Below, one piece after another: positions 25,640-38,941 of a stretch of DNA of 64,000 bases. The stretch spans positions 744,001 through 808,000 of the forward strand of contig ML996693.1 of the NCBI GenBank assembly GCA_010356995.1, given 5' to 3'. The DNA is from Trichodelitschia bisporula. Lineage: Eukaryota. The notes under the pieces were generated by a model, which was given only the letters and a program-made list of their open reading frames with translations, was not told the DNA's origin and did no database searches. How positions within the stretch are numbered: position 1 is the stretch's first letter; each line of letters opens with the position of its first letter. A program made the position numbers and the translations under genes.

Positions 25640-25740
25640 ACGCGCTGAGTGGATGTGTGGACGTTGCGAGGAAACAGACAGGGACACGCGCTTGACGGAG
25701 AACGCGACATCGCGCGTTTGAGACGTGACTACCCGCGCGT
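25640..25740. promoter_or_regulatory. Cluster of MCB-like (ACGCG/CGCGT) elements upstream of DNA2
   Basis: Cores at 25640, 25686, 25702, 25713 and 25736, within about 135 bp of the DNA2 start. Confidence 0.6.
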
Positions 25741-27429
25741 CTTTCCCTTTCTGGTTTAGTGCATTGCTAGCATCCTGTAACCGCTTAGTCATCTCGCTTC
25801 TCCCCACAGGAATCCGGCTGCCAAGTCTTGCCGCCAACTTTCAGCCTTCTCGGGATTAACGTCAGATGGAACACGATGAATTGATTTCCTGAAAGGTGTA
25901 CGCATCTGATGATTGACCTAATGCTAGTGCCTAATCCCTCGCATGCCTCAAGCTTCACCGAGATCCAGTAGTTGGCCTGGAGTGGAGAAGGAGACTTGTC
26001 GCTGAAAGTAGCGCTTTGTCGTGTGGTTTCTCTGTTGAAACCGGTGTTTTATTATTAGAAGCGGCAACAACATTTGAATTCGTCATGGGGAGAAGGGAGA
26101 GAGTATTAAAGCTAGCCAGCTGACCGTGTTCATACGAGCCTATCCACTGAAATTGGGACAACTATCGCAGCGGCTTCATAGAGCATGATCTCTCTCCGAT
26201 AGGGGCTATTCGTGCCGAGATGACACTTCAGGCGGGAAGGAGGGATGGCGAGTATGTATGGCCGCTATGCTGAGTGGACAACTTGCTGACAAGGTGACGG
26301 CTGCTCACATGATGCGAGCGTGGCCTGTGGGAGGTCGACTATGACAATCAGACTGTTCGTGTCGCTTCCATCATCGGAATCGCAATCATCGGTGCTGAGG
26401 TAGCCACAATATATGAGTATTGTCGCTGGCTGCCGGGTGTTTAGCCGTTGAAACAGACGACGAAGTGTGTGGAGTGGTGACAGCCTTCGGCTTTTTGATC
26501 GTAGCTGGAGAAGCAGTTTTGGGAGGCGACTTCTGGATGACTGGGTTCGTAAACAGATCTGGATACGTATCACACAGCTCAGTAGCACGAGCGTCCTCGA
26601 GATAGAGTTATACGTGGGACGGCGTCAGACGATAGGGCTGTTCTCCCCGAATTCCTGGCGCATATAGTACTTCGCCGTGCCGTACTTAATCCCGGAGGAT
26701 CCAGGTGTTCCACTTGACCACTTCCAGCATGCGCTCCTGCGCGGTCCGCGGCGGAGATAGCGTGTCGCTTCGGTAGGCGGTTAGTACAATAGTGGGACTG
26801 TTCTGCTGTGCGGCTCAGCGCCCCTCGGAGCGCAAGCTTTGGCGGAACTGACCTGCCCGCAGTGTTGGCGAGCGAAGCCGACTTGTCCGTAGCCGTCATC
26901 TAAGGTGGCAGCATATCTATCTGCGAGGTCTTCCTAAGAGCCTTTCCATCCGCTTGAAGAGCATCCTCCGTTTCTAACTTTGGCTTCCGATCCTTAAAGT
27001 AATGACCGAATTTCATGGGCTCCCGACCGTAAGCAATGATAAATGGTGCTTTAGGAGGCAGCTTTTCCTTGACAGTGGAATCTGCCGGCAGCTGGAAAAG
27101 ATGTCGAAGAGGTGATTCAACACGAATATAACTTGGAGAGAGGTGCGTTCATAAGAGTATAGTTGGGTTGTGGAATTGAGGGAGAGGATGTGTAGGGGAA
27201 TGTGTAAAAGGTTGACGTCACGCTCGATATCTCCAGCAAATGCTTCCGGGCACGGACCACTTCGTGGGGTACCAACCCGCACTTCGTTAGTGGAAAGTGC
27301 ACCGTACTGCGCTAACCTCCGCTCTCTGCCCTGCACCTTCCGCGCCTATATCTATTTTTCTTGATTGCCTATTGCGCGACCGTCTCTTCAACCTCCACAC
27401 TCATCCCCCTCCAACATACATTCGCAAAT

Positions 27430-28654
27430 ATGGCTACGGAGAAGCCCTTACCGTTTATCTACCAGTTCGCGGCAGGTATGTAAGCTTCAGAGCGCTCGCG
27501 TGCGCCGCAAAGCATAGCTAATCCGCTCACAGGTGCCGTTGCTGGTGTCTCCGAGGTAAGCCAGCACTTTGCTCTTGCGCCCGAAACAGTCCATTGACAT
27601 GCTCTCGCACCTATTAGATTCTGGTGATGTGAGTCGAGCTCTCGCACAATGCGCAACGCGCAATTGCTAATCGTCAAGGTACCCGCTTGACGTCGTCAAG
27701 ACTCGGGTGTAAGCGCCCCTGACCTCGTGCGCCTCACCCTTTGACTTACACTCCTGCAGTCAGCTCCAATCCGGCACTGGGCTGGGTGAAGAAGGCTACA
27801 ATGGCATGGTGGACTGTTTCCGCAAGATTATCAAGAACGAGGGGTACGCCGGCACTCGGCCTCACGAAGCTATGCGGCGGCGCTAACGCCTGCTCTAGTG
27901 CATCTCGTCTCTACCGCGGCATCAATGCGCCTATCCTGATGGAAGCTCCGAAGCGGTAATGCATTCTCTCCTGCTCACGCAGCCTACCCTTAACGCCGAT
28001 AGTGCTACCAAGTTCGCCGCCAATGACGAATGGGGGAAGTTCTACCGGACAGCGTTCGGTATCCCGACCATGAACCAATCTCTCTCCATCCTGACGGGTG
28101 CCTCCGCTGGTGCAACTGAGTCATTCGTGGTGGTACCCTTTGAACTCGTTAAGATCCGCCTCCAGGATAAGGCCCAGGCACACAAGTACAATGGGATGAT
28201 CGACTGCGTGCGCAAGATCATTGCGCAAGAGGGCCTCTTGACTATGTACCAGGGACTGGAATCGACGTTGTGGCGGCACATCCTCTGGAACGCCGGCTAC
28301 TTCGGCTGCATCTTCCAGGTGCGCGAGCTGATCCCCAAGGCACAGACCAAGAAGGGACAAATCACCAATGACATCATCTCGGGTACCGTTGGTGGCACCG
28401 TCGGCACCATCCTCAATACCCCGATGGACGTTGTCAAGTCGCGCATCCAGAACTCGCCCAAGATTGCCGGCTTGGTTCGCAAATATAACTGGGCCTGGCC
28501 CGCGCTCGGCACCGTCATGAAGGAGGAGGGCTTCGGCGCACTGTACAAGGGCTTCCTACCCAAGGTGCTGCGTCTTGGGCCTGGTGGTGGTATCTTGCTC
28601 GTCGTATTCACGGGCGTCATGGACTTCTTCCGGACGATGCGGGGCGATGCATAG
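27430..28654 (+). CDS. ODC1: Mitochondrial 2-oxodicarboxylate carrier (Odc1/2 family); 7 exons including an 11-nt micro-exon (27618-27628)
   Basis: MATEKPLPFIYQFAAGAVAGVSEILVMYPLDVVKTR; PFELVKIRLQ; TPMDVVKSRIQ; PKVLRLGPGGG; introns 27476-27532, 27556-27617, 27629-27678, 27709-27759, 27844-27898, 27956-28002. Confidence 0.93.
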
Positions 28655-28869
28655 ATACCTGACATATAGACACGGAGGCGGAGTTGTGCTGTCTTTTCTG
28701 CATATGCCCAGATGGGTGGATGGATTAGCTAGACGATGAGGGTATGGCTCAAGCCTGTATTTCCCTAAATATGCGTGGCTATATCCGCCGTTTCGAATGC
28801 AAAAACACTTGAAACCGCGCGCCGTCCTCTCTATAAGCTTGCACTACGCCGTGTCCCGCTGTTTACTGT

Positions 28870-29858
28870 TCACTGCAACCGTCCGGCGCGTCCCGCCTGG
28901 ATAATCTCTCCTGTCGGCCGGTCATCGGCCCGCAGCACCGACCACCCAGCCCCGTCAGCCTTCTCCAGCGTAAGTTCAAGCTTCGTGCCCATAATCTTGA
29001 ACGAGGACGCCGCCGGGTTAATGGGGCCGTACAGCGTCCACTTCGCCATATACTCCTTGCCATCCGTCGTTCTCAGATCCAGATCAACCCCCGTATCCGA
29101 CACAAACTCCACGCTACTCGCCGCCTTATCAATCTTCTTCAGGTACACCGAGGCGATGACCTGCGTCGCCGTCTGATAGAAGTCACACCGGACATTATCC
29201 AGCTTTTCGACTTGCCCCTCCCGCTTCTTCTTCTCCTCCTTTCCGCTACCATTAAACAAATGCCGCTCCTTCGTTCTACACCCCTCAATCCGCATGAACT
29301 CGTCAAACTCCAGCACTCGCCGCTTGCAGCACGTCCACCCTTTACTCCCCTCATGGAACAGCGCCGCCCCGGGGTGATGCACGCACTGCTCGCCGTCTCT
29401 TGAACCCCCCTCGTATGTCGCGCTGCACCCGCGCCGCCGGCACTTCGCGCCCTTCGGTACCGACGCGCCCGGTTCGTCGTCGTCGGAAACTTCGGGAGGA
29501 GCAGGGGAAGGAGGGACGCGGGGGGCGGCGGTGGGTAGGCGCGGCACGGCCGGCGCGCTTATCCCGGGTGGTGGCTCGTCGGTGACGGATTTAGGGGCCG
29601 GTGCGGGTGTGTCGTCGACGGTGGAGTGGGTGCCGGTTGTGCAGGGGGGGATGGCGAGGAATTCGTCAAAGGTTAGGACGCGCTTTTTACAGCATTTCCA
29701 ACCTGGCGCGGGTTAGTTGGGGGGCGGTTGGGTGTGGGGAGGGTGGAGGTGCCTTTTTGGCCTTCGTGGAATTCGGGGGGCCCGGGGTGGTAGTGGCATT
29801 CTTCGGCGGGGTCGGTGAAGAGCTTTTGACAGCCTTTGTGGATGCATTTTTGGGCCAT
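28870..29858 (-). CDS. CHORD and CS domain protein (Hsp90 co-chaperone, CHORDC1/Chp-1-like); GC-AG intron 29752-29703
   Basis: Two CHORD domains (CIHKGC...CHYHPG...HEGQKG|WKCC; CRRRGC...CVHHPG...HEGSKGWTCC) and a C-terminal CS domain (DFYQT...KLELTLEKA). Confidence 0.92.
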
Positions 29859-29975
29859 TGTTGGTGTTAGAGGGAGGGCGGATGGTGTGCGAGGAGGGGA
29901 GAGTTGGGATGGAAAGAGGAGTGGGAAGATTTGTTTGTAGTGTTGTTTACGGGGAGGTGGGGCGGTCGGTGGTGA

Positions 29976-29990
29976 CGAAGATTCTGGAAG
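29976..29990. promoter_or_regulatory. Heat-shock element (three inverted nGAAn units)
   Basis: cGAAg-aTTCt-gGAAg about 120 bp upstream of the CHORD ATG. Confidence 0.7.
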
Positions 29991-30331
29991 CAAGCGGGGA
30001 GCTGCGGGGGACGTTTGAAGGTTTCACGCCCTGGTCCAGTGGGCCTGGTCAAGCAGATGGATCTCCGCAAGGTACTCGAGTAAGGGGAACGTCAAGAACG
30101 TGGTTAATATTGGGTCGCGTGAGAACGTCGTCGCGTTGCGGGGTATGACACTTTTTTTTGGAGGGGGAGGTCGAGGCTCCAAACGCGGGGAGCTTCGCGG
30201 AGATGATGATGCCGTGGATGCTTGACCGTTGTCAAGGATCTTGGCAACCATTTGCACCGCAACGGTTCGTAAAGAGCTTCTTTGTCTACTCCTTCACTAC
30301 AATCCGCTCCTCTCTTCATCCTCTCGCTTGA

Positions 30332-30731
30332 ATGAGGCCAGCAGCGAAAAGCCTCGCACGCGTGTGCCACATCACTCTCTTCACACGAGCCAATTGCTCG
30401 CTGTGCGACGATGCAAAGACCGTCCTGTCAAAAGTCTGGGACAAGCGGCCCTTCCATTATCGAGAGATTGATGTTATGACGCCCGAGGCGAGCAAGTGGA
30501 AGATATACGAGTTCGACACGCCAGTGGTATGCGCACCTTTTCAGTGCTCAGACCGGGCGTCAGAGGGGGGCATCCGCTAACGGCGCATCGCCAACTGCGC
30601 AGATCCACGTCGAGAAGCTGAAAGGTGCACCGGAGGATTTCGGAACGACCACGGCGGCGCGTAAGCTCATGCATCGCTTCAAGGCAGAGCAGGTAGAGGG
30701 GTTGATGGACGAAGTGGAGAAGGAGAGGTAG
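30332..30731 (+). CDS. Glutaredoxin-like protein (DUF836 / YDR286C-like); intron 30527-30602
   Basis: ITLFTRANCSLCD CxxC motif; YEFDTPV|IHV; KLMHRF. Confidence 0.85.
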
Positions 30732-30921
30732 ATGCTCGCGCTGCCGTGAGCCTGTAAACGGAATGCTTTGTACGCTTAAGTTACCCCGCAGATGGCAATC
30801 CCGAGATGACGCCAGCCGGATAGGGTTGTGCATAAGCTAGTTAACAGGCTGACCCGATTCCTGAAATTCGTTACTACGGTACAACGTCTGGCCTCTCTTG
30901 TCTTGCTTTCTTGAATAGAAT

Positions 30922-31909
30922 ATGGCTTCCGCAATGCAAGCTGCCAACGGTTTCAAGCAAGCTCTCCTCCGAGGTGGGCCTACCTTCGGAGTATGGCAGG
31001 TGCATATACTCTGTCATTGAACGCGTTGCCGAAAACTGAACCCCATTAGACATTGCCCGGAGCCAACCTCTCGCGGGCCATCGCCCGCTCCGGCGTAGAG
31101 TGGATCTGTATAGACACCGAGCACGGAAACATCGATGGTGACCAACTTCCCAAGCCCACACATTAACTGCTGCTAAAACCCAGCAACAGATGCCCAAATG
31201 CACGAGTCCGTCGCCGCAATCGCCGCCTGCGGCGTAAGCCCCATAGTCCGCATCCCGGCCAACGAAGCCTGGATGATAAAGCGTATGTTCCCCTCCCCCG
31301 TTATTAGCAATCCTAACCTCCCCAGGTGCACTCGATGCCGGTGCCCACGCCATCCTCGTCCCGCTGATAAAAACCGCCGAGGACGTCCGGCGCCTCGTCT
31401 CGGCAGCCAAATTCCCGCCCTTGGGATCCCGGGGGTTTGGCTCGCCCTTCTCGATGGAGAAGTTCGCGGCGGGGAGCCGCATCCCCACGGCCACGGAGTA
31501 CCTGCAACAGGCGAACGACGCTCTGGCCACCATCGTGCAGATTGAGACGGCCGAGGCGTACACCAATATCGAGGAGATAGCGCAGGCTCCGGGGGTCGAT
31601 ATGTTTTTCGTTGGCCCTTTCGATTTGGGGAATAACATAGGCTATCCGATTTTGGATGGCAGCCTGCATGAAGAGCTTAAGAAGGCGATTGGGCGCATTT
31701 TTGAGGTTGCGAGGAAAGCCGGGAAGGCCACGGGTATCTATTGCACGAGTGGTGAGCAGGCGAAGGGCTTTGCCGATATGGGGTTCAATATGATCTCCGT
31801 TGCTGCGGATATGATTGCCATACCATCGCATATCGGAGCTTCATTGAAGGCGGCGAAGGGGAGTACCAAAGATTGGGGCGGAGAGATTACCGGACCGTAC
31901 GGTAGGTAG
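30922..31909 (+). CDS. HpcH/HpaI aldolase family protein; 4 exons
   Basis: FGVWQ|TLPG, WICIDTEHG, PIVRIP, ALDAGAHAILVP, GSRGFGSP, IVQIET, FVGPFDL. Confidence 0.9.
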
Positions 31910-32552
31910 GCATTTGCGTAGAGCAGGAGAGCAGGAAAGAAGCGCTGTCGGAGTAATCCAGAATAGATGGTATGATGTCATTATCACATGGGATATCGAA
32001 TCTCGAACCTCTACTCCATTGGTTGTGGCGGTAATGCTGTCAGTAGTAGATAATGAGGGAGACATGAGGGATGGGACATGCATCATAGCATAGAGGTCAA
32101 GCGTGAGAACGAGAAGAAGCAAGTGTTGGATAGGGGGCAAACCGGCCCGCGCAATGCAGCTCTTTCCCATGCAATGGCAACGAGATACCGAGGGCCACTT
32201 ACGACAACGGTACGATCTTCGGTTTCTCCGTGATACACTCGTGACCCCATTGTGAGACAATTTGAACCTCCGTCTTTGCCATCTCCCCTACGTCCTCCGT
32301 CTCCGCACAAATACCGTGATACGCCGCGCCTAAACGGCAAAAGCAACCGCTAGACCAAATCCATGGGTATCTCTAAACTCCGCCCTACTGTCGCTGCTGC
32401 TGAGGTGAACAACCCGCCATACGACGGAGCCCAACCTCCACAGAGAGAAACAACTGAACAACAAACAAGAAAGCAAAGAAGACATCGCAGAGCCTTTATG
32501 CTGGTTGAGGGAGGTGTTGGAATGTTTGCGATAGAAATGCGCTTTTAATGAC

Positions 32553-33185
32553 TCAATTGTGGGTAGGCCTTAGCATAGGGAGATGGAAATACTGAGAGCT
32601 GAGGTGCGATGCTGAGGGATTGCTAAGTGACAAATTTAGTGTCTCTTCGGACTTCGCCGTCGCATCGCGTTCTGAGGGCAGGTCTGCGGAGGAGTACCGC
32701 CGGCCGCACGCCACTGGAGGAGTTCCGCTAAAACCAGTTAGTCCAGTGGTCTCATATATCAAGGGCAGCCTACTTCTGCGCAGATCGAACAAAGCCTTGT
32801 CTTCAGTAGACGGGTGCGGCGAGGTGTGAAAGGAGAGATATCCGACGTCAACCTTCTTAGCTCCCTTCGCCGAGTGCAAGAAGTGGGCATGTACACATCG
32901 GGACACGGGTAACCGAAACAGATAGCGAATCTCGACCTAGAGCCGTGTCAGCATCGGACTGAATCTTCCCCGCGACCGAAACTCTGAAGAAGAGTTACTG
33001 ACCAGCCGCGCCCACAGCTGACTCCATCGCTCACTCTCCGGGTCAATCACCCCGTCCGAAGGCCGAATCTCCTGCGCCGGTACCCATCCCTCCCCAATCG
33101 CCTGCGCCGATATCTCGCGCCACAACGTCGCGCGCCATGCCTCGAAGTCCGGCGCCGCAAGAGTCTTAGTCAGTTTATCGTCCAT
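32553..33185 (-). CDS. Hypothetical protein of about 188 aa; exons 33185-33003 and 32936-32553
   Basis: ATG in GCCATGG context; canonical 66-nt intron GTCAGT...GCTGAC...TAG joins two same-frame ORFs; Trp-rich first exon. Confidence 0.5.
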
Positions 33186-34191
33186 GGCGGATTGTGCAGT
33201 ACTGAGGGTGCGAAGCGTAAAGGTGTAGCACTCAAACACTCAAGCAGTTCGGGTATTCGATAGGCGCACAGGCAGGCAGCCTCCCTGGTATCCAACCCAG
33301 ACACACCTCACTCGAGCCTCCGAGAAGCAGCACTCAAAGCAGCAGATATGCGATCCTCCCGCCGTACTCGGCCCTTATGTCGCCGCTGGCCCAGCTGTCG
33401 CCGCGACGTCCTGACCGCGGCTGTGCACGGCGATCACTCCCAGTCTCGCCCCTCAACGGCGTGCGTGGAACTTCGAGAACCCGGCGATGGGGGTGTTGCG
33501 GGTTGTGCGTTGTCGGACGTGGGGATTTGATAGCGAAAGCGTGAGAGGTGCGGCGGATGTAGGCGTGAAGCCGACTGGTGGAGGATGGGTGGGTGACGGG
33601 GGAGTCGTTGGAGCAGCGCAAGGACGCGGGAAGGACTGCGGGGGTGGGAATGAACGAGGGTGCGTGGGGAGCGGGTTGTCTGATGGCGCCTTGTGCTGTG
33701 GTGTCTTCAGATTGCTGCTCACACTCTGACTCTTTTCAGCCCCTTCGCCCTCAATAAGTCGCAAAGGCGAGGAGAAAGAGAAAAGGTAGAGGCAAAGAGA
33801 TATTCTCGCTCTTGATGCTTTCCGTCAGGCGGAGGCGCGGCGGCGGCGTCGGTAGCGGGAAGCGAAAGAAGGTTCGACGAACCCAGAATGAGGTGGTAGC
33901 GGGCGCAGATGCAAGTGCCAAGGTGAGAGAAGCACGGCCAGCGGATTGATTGATGCGCTGTGCTGGGATGAATGGGCCACTAGGCTCGGTGTTTGCTCTT
34001 CGCAGTATTTCTCTTAATCTCTCGAGTCTTCGGAGGGAGAGGGGGGAAGAGATGAATGGATGTCAGACTTCGTTGTCTCGACGCAGGGCGAGCAAGCTAG
34101 TCTATGTACGAGTGACACAACGCGGCAAAAGGAAGGGAAACAGTGCAGTGTTGTTTGGAGATGCTTTGCCGTCTTCCAAGGCCTACGGATG

Positions 34192-34214
34192 TAGTTCTAG
34201 TTCTAGTTCTAGAA
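34192..34214. repeat. (TAGTTC)n hexamer tandem repeat
   Basis: TAGTTCTAGTTCTAGTTCTAGAA. Confidence 0.8.
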
Positions 34215-35306
34215 TATCCTCTTCCCATCCAACATCGCCCATCTCGAGGCTCGCCCTTTTGCGGGGCAAGCCACGCCCGAATAGCAAACACGACCATGAC
34301 CCACTCGCCCTCTTCGTCAACGTTGTAGCCGTAGTGTCTGGTGCTACGTAGAGTACGGAGTACCGTCTCTCTATGAAAAAAGGGCCTATCAATTCAAGAT
34401 AAAAAATTCAAGGCAAGGCTCTTTAAAGGCCATTCTAATAGCCATGGCTGCGCGGGATTGCTCGAACCATGAGGCATATCGTGGTTGGAAGAGGCGAATG
34501 ATCCTTGTCAGTGGACCACAGAGGAGAATGCGGGGATAACGGCACACGAGGTATCCACACTGCCTTATCGTGCGGCCTCAAAATATCCAGGCAGCAACTT
34601 CTAACTATGAGTAAGATTGTTACCGTCAGCTAGTCTTTCACCCCAGCTTACAGTAATACATTAGCAAGGGGTAAGATAACTTGCATAGGCGACTTTTGCC
34701 GTGTGACCTCCTCTTACAACGTACCCGGTACTGACCTGGCGAAAACAAGAGATAGAACTAGTCCGGACTGCGCCGAGCTGACCGGTCACTCCCAAAATCC
34801 ACATCCAAAGGTCTATCATTGTACCACTTAAACGTTGCAAGTCAATCTTATGCACAAGGGCCGTCTTGATTCATCACACACGCGCTCTTCTTGCTCGTCG
34901 GTCCGGAGCACTTCCGCTCCTCAAGTGCTACCGCTCCGCAATGGCCGAGAGAACACAAAACGATTAGAGTCAGTGGAAGTTTAACTGTATAAAAAGTAGC
35001 ACCTAATGGGAGGACGCCACAAAACGGATTCAACACGGTTTCCCCCAAACGAAAAGCGACAAAAGACAGAAAGGCAGACGTCCATGACAACTAAACTACC
35101 ACACCAGCCCTATTCTGCAACATCCCCTACGTTCATTGACCACAGCGTACAACCCCCATCGCAGCCGTCATGTAAACAGAACAAAACCCTTTGGCGTAAC
35201 ACCGGCAGTTACGGATTATGAGATGCACGACGTCGGAGTGAGGACATGGTTACTTGGCTGACGACATCGGCGGGTAGAATCGCTGACGGTGCGAGTTGCG
35301 AGACAT

Positions 35307-36037
<731 letters not shown>

Positions 36038-37112
36038 CTAAGTGTCCAGAAAGGTAACTGCGCAAGCGAAGGTCAGTCAGCGATAAGAGCACTGCTATAA
36101 GGACGATAGCGATAAAGAAGCGTAGCAGAACACGGAATAGAGTTCTTGCAGTCGAAAATTGCAATAATAGAAGCGATCTGGTGAGCTGGATGTGATGTGA
36201 TGGGGGTTGGAGAGGGGGTTCGAGAGAGCGTTGGGGATGCAGCTGCTCAATTCGACCGCGAACTCGGAGTGGGAGTTGGACGGAGAAGTACTCACAAGTG
36301 CGGAAGTGAACTGGCAATGGAAATGCAGGACCTCTTCGAAGGCGAAGCGGTGTTGCGTGGACGTAGTGTTGGATCGATGTGATAGAGTGTGAAGGGTGGG
36401 CGGGAGGGAGTGAGAGTAAGGGTGGTCTTCGATTTTCGGGAAATCTGTCTTGCTGCGGACAATGGGGGGGCAATAGGCACGTGACCGGGGATGCCGTCAA
36501 CGCTTTAGCGGCGGAAAGACGTCGAGGGAAATTATAGAGGCGGAGCGGACAAACAAGGATCATATATGCTCTACAATCCCCATTGTTTGTAGAGCACAAT
36601 TGATCTTCAGATATATGGACATAACTGCGACAAGCTCCCTTTTTGAAGTTTCCATCTGGACACGATTGCGGTATTCAATGCTGGCGCCTAGTAATACAAG
36701 AGTCATCCCGCCACCGCGTTTTTCGATGGGAGGTTCATGCATCTCTGCACAGACGCCATCTCAACAACTTGTGCCGGCTCTACGCTGGGCGGCTCCAGGC
36801 TTCTTCAATGTTGCCCTTCCTGAAGTCTTTCCCCTCCCCCCAAAAAAAAAGGCACTCCTATCACAACCACGAAGTGTCTTACAGTTAGGCGGACTCAATT
36901 AGCCTACCAAACATCTATCCCCAATGGGCCCTGATTGCTAGCTGCGTGTCAAAACTTGCCGTCCTCTCCAGTGGCAGTGAAATCCACATGCGACCTCATA
37001 TACAACGCCGACCAATGCTCTGAGGCAGCACCAAAACTTGGTATAAACCACCATGGACTCCACCCGCCTAAAAATGCAGGCCTCTAAGTTCCTCCAGTCG
37101 GACCCGTTATAC

Positions 37113-38544
37113 CTAAGCCGCAGGTGCGGGTGCTGTCGCTGTAGTAGGCGTCGTGTCCGCCCCGGCTGCCTGCTCCGGAGCCGGAAGCAGGCCCTTCACA
37201 AGCCACAGGTCAATGAGGGGTTGCATCGGCTCCATCTCTTTGTCGCCAATCAGGTTGAACAACTTGCCAACATTCACAAAGTGGATGAAGCAAGTGTTGA
37301 GCTCCTTGTGAGCGTTCAGGTTCCAGAACGGGTCCAGCCAGTGGCCGTGATAAAGATGAGCGTAGCAGCGCATCATTTGGCGGTATATGCTCTTGATGTC
37401 GCCTTCGAAGTTCGCAGGAAATCCGGAGGACTTCCCAAGCCACTCTGCCGTGCTCGACTGGAAGGGCGGAATGACAGGCAGAGATGTGTCCGTCGGAAAG
37501 AGATTGGGGTCACTGATTTTGCCCAAGATCCACTTTTGAACTAGTTGGATATACTGGCATGCCGGAATCTTGATAGGGCGCTTGTTGTTATCGAGCCATG
37601 TGTATGTGTGGCTAGCTTTGTGAGCATCATGCGACAGTATTGTAAAGCAGTTGCTTACCCAGAGGCCGACATAGTCGGACAGACCTCCGGATTGCAGATC
37701 GACTGGCCGGTCTTCTCATCCACAACACGGATGATGGCAATCATGCTCTCCAGAAGCCTGTACTGCTCGACAACTAGAAAAATTAGATCACAAAAGATTT
37801 CAGTAACCTCCGTAAATACATACCTTGGTGGGCAAGCCACTCTCCTTCATCGACATGGACGGGCCTTGCCGCCAGGGTCATGAAGTTACCCCGAACAATC
37901 AACGCTGAGTACTCCTCGCGAAAGAAGTAGGGCGGGCGTCTGGCCAACGAAGTTTGGCTCTCAGACGGAGAAGCCGTGTCAAGTGACATGGTGGTTAATC
38001 CTGGTGATTGGGGAATTGGGGAGATATTCGGAGTCAGCGACGCGTTCGCAGCTTGTAATGCAGTGGGCGAAGGCGTCTGCTGCCCATTGCCCCGCGGCTG
38101 CTTTGCGGGGTCACGGTTTGACTGGCGGCCGAAGCGTCCTCTGTGATTTCTATTAGCGACTTGCTGCTTCGAGTGAGCTGGGCTGGAGTGTCAAAGGTAT
38201 ATAAGGCAGGATAAAAAGGTAAACTGTGAGGAGAATAACGGAATGTGGGGTAGAAAAGCAACAGCAGAGCCACACGTTCGAAAGTCTTGGGGGATGAAGG
38301 CGGGGAGTGGCAGAAGGTGTGCAAATGTGCCACGTGCTGCAGACATCGACCTGCGGGGTGCGGGAGTGAATAGGGAAATTGCAGGCAGTGAACAAGAATC
38401 TACAGAAGATCATGCCGCACCATAAAAAAAGGACATACAACGGGGGGGAGATTGGAAAGGTCGAGAATTAATTGCCAGCATAAGGATTCTCATTTCGCTT
38501 GAGATACCATGGGGGACTTACACTGCGTTGAAGAAGGACGTCAT
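37113..38544 (-). CDS. MOB2: Mob kinase activator, Mob2 type (Cbk1/COT1 co-activator); 4 exons
   Basis: LIVRGNFMTLAARP...GEWLAHQ, CPTMSA, YTWLD, DPNLFPT, QMMRCYAHLYHGH, LNTCFIHF. Confidence 0.9.
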
Positions 38545-38902
38545 GACTAGTTTTATGGCAGAGAAAGGTGGATGGTCGGGGTTGGTATACTGTGTACTGC
38601 GGTGGTGGTTGCCCGGGGGGTGCGGTGGTGCTCGTGGGCGGGGTTTGGGTTCTTGGGGGGGGGTTCCTCGTGCCCGTGAGTTTGGGGGATACTCGAACAG
38701 CTGGAATCCCTTATGACACGGACAGTAAACGCAAAGAGCGCCGGTGACAAACGAAGAGCTGAAAGTTCCAGACTTTCCTTCGGGAGCAAGCGGGGGGAGT
38801 GTGATGGGGGTTCGGGACGGAATGGAGGCGGTGGGAGTCGGTGAGAGAGTTGTGGATTTGCAGTGTTGTAAGGGGTGGGAGGTGTGGTCCTTGGGAGTAG
38901 TG

Positions 38903-38941
38903 GTGTGGGAGCGTGGGAGTGTGGGAGTGTGGGAGTGGGGG
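38903..38941 (+). repeat. G-rich (GTGGGAGT)-type tandem repeat in the MOB2/LEO1 divergent intergenic region
   Basis: GTGTGGGAGCGTGGGAGTGTGGGAGTGTGGGAGTGGGGG. Confidence 0.7.

Noticed and set aside
26265..27000. Short ORFs between DNA2 and the carrier, and a GCCGTACTTAA 5S-like word
   Set aside because: No recognisable domain; the flanks do not match 5S rRNA
38410..38436. MSFFYGAA mini-ORF in MOB2 intron 1 resembling exon 1 (MTSFFNAV)
   Set aside because: Its only GT donor is phase 1 whereas exon 2 needs phase 2, so it would be out of frame
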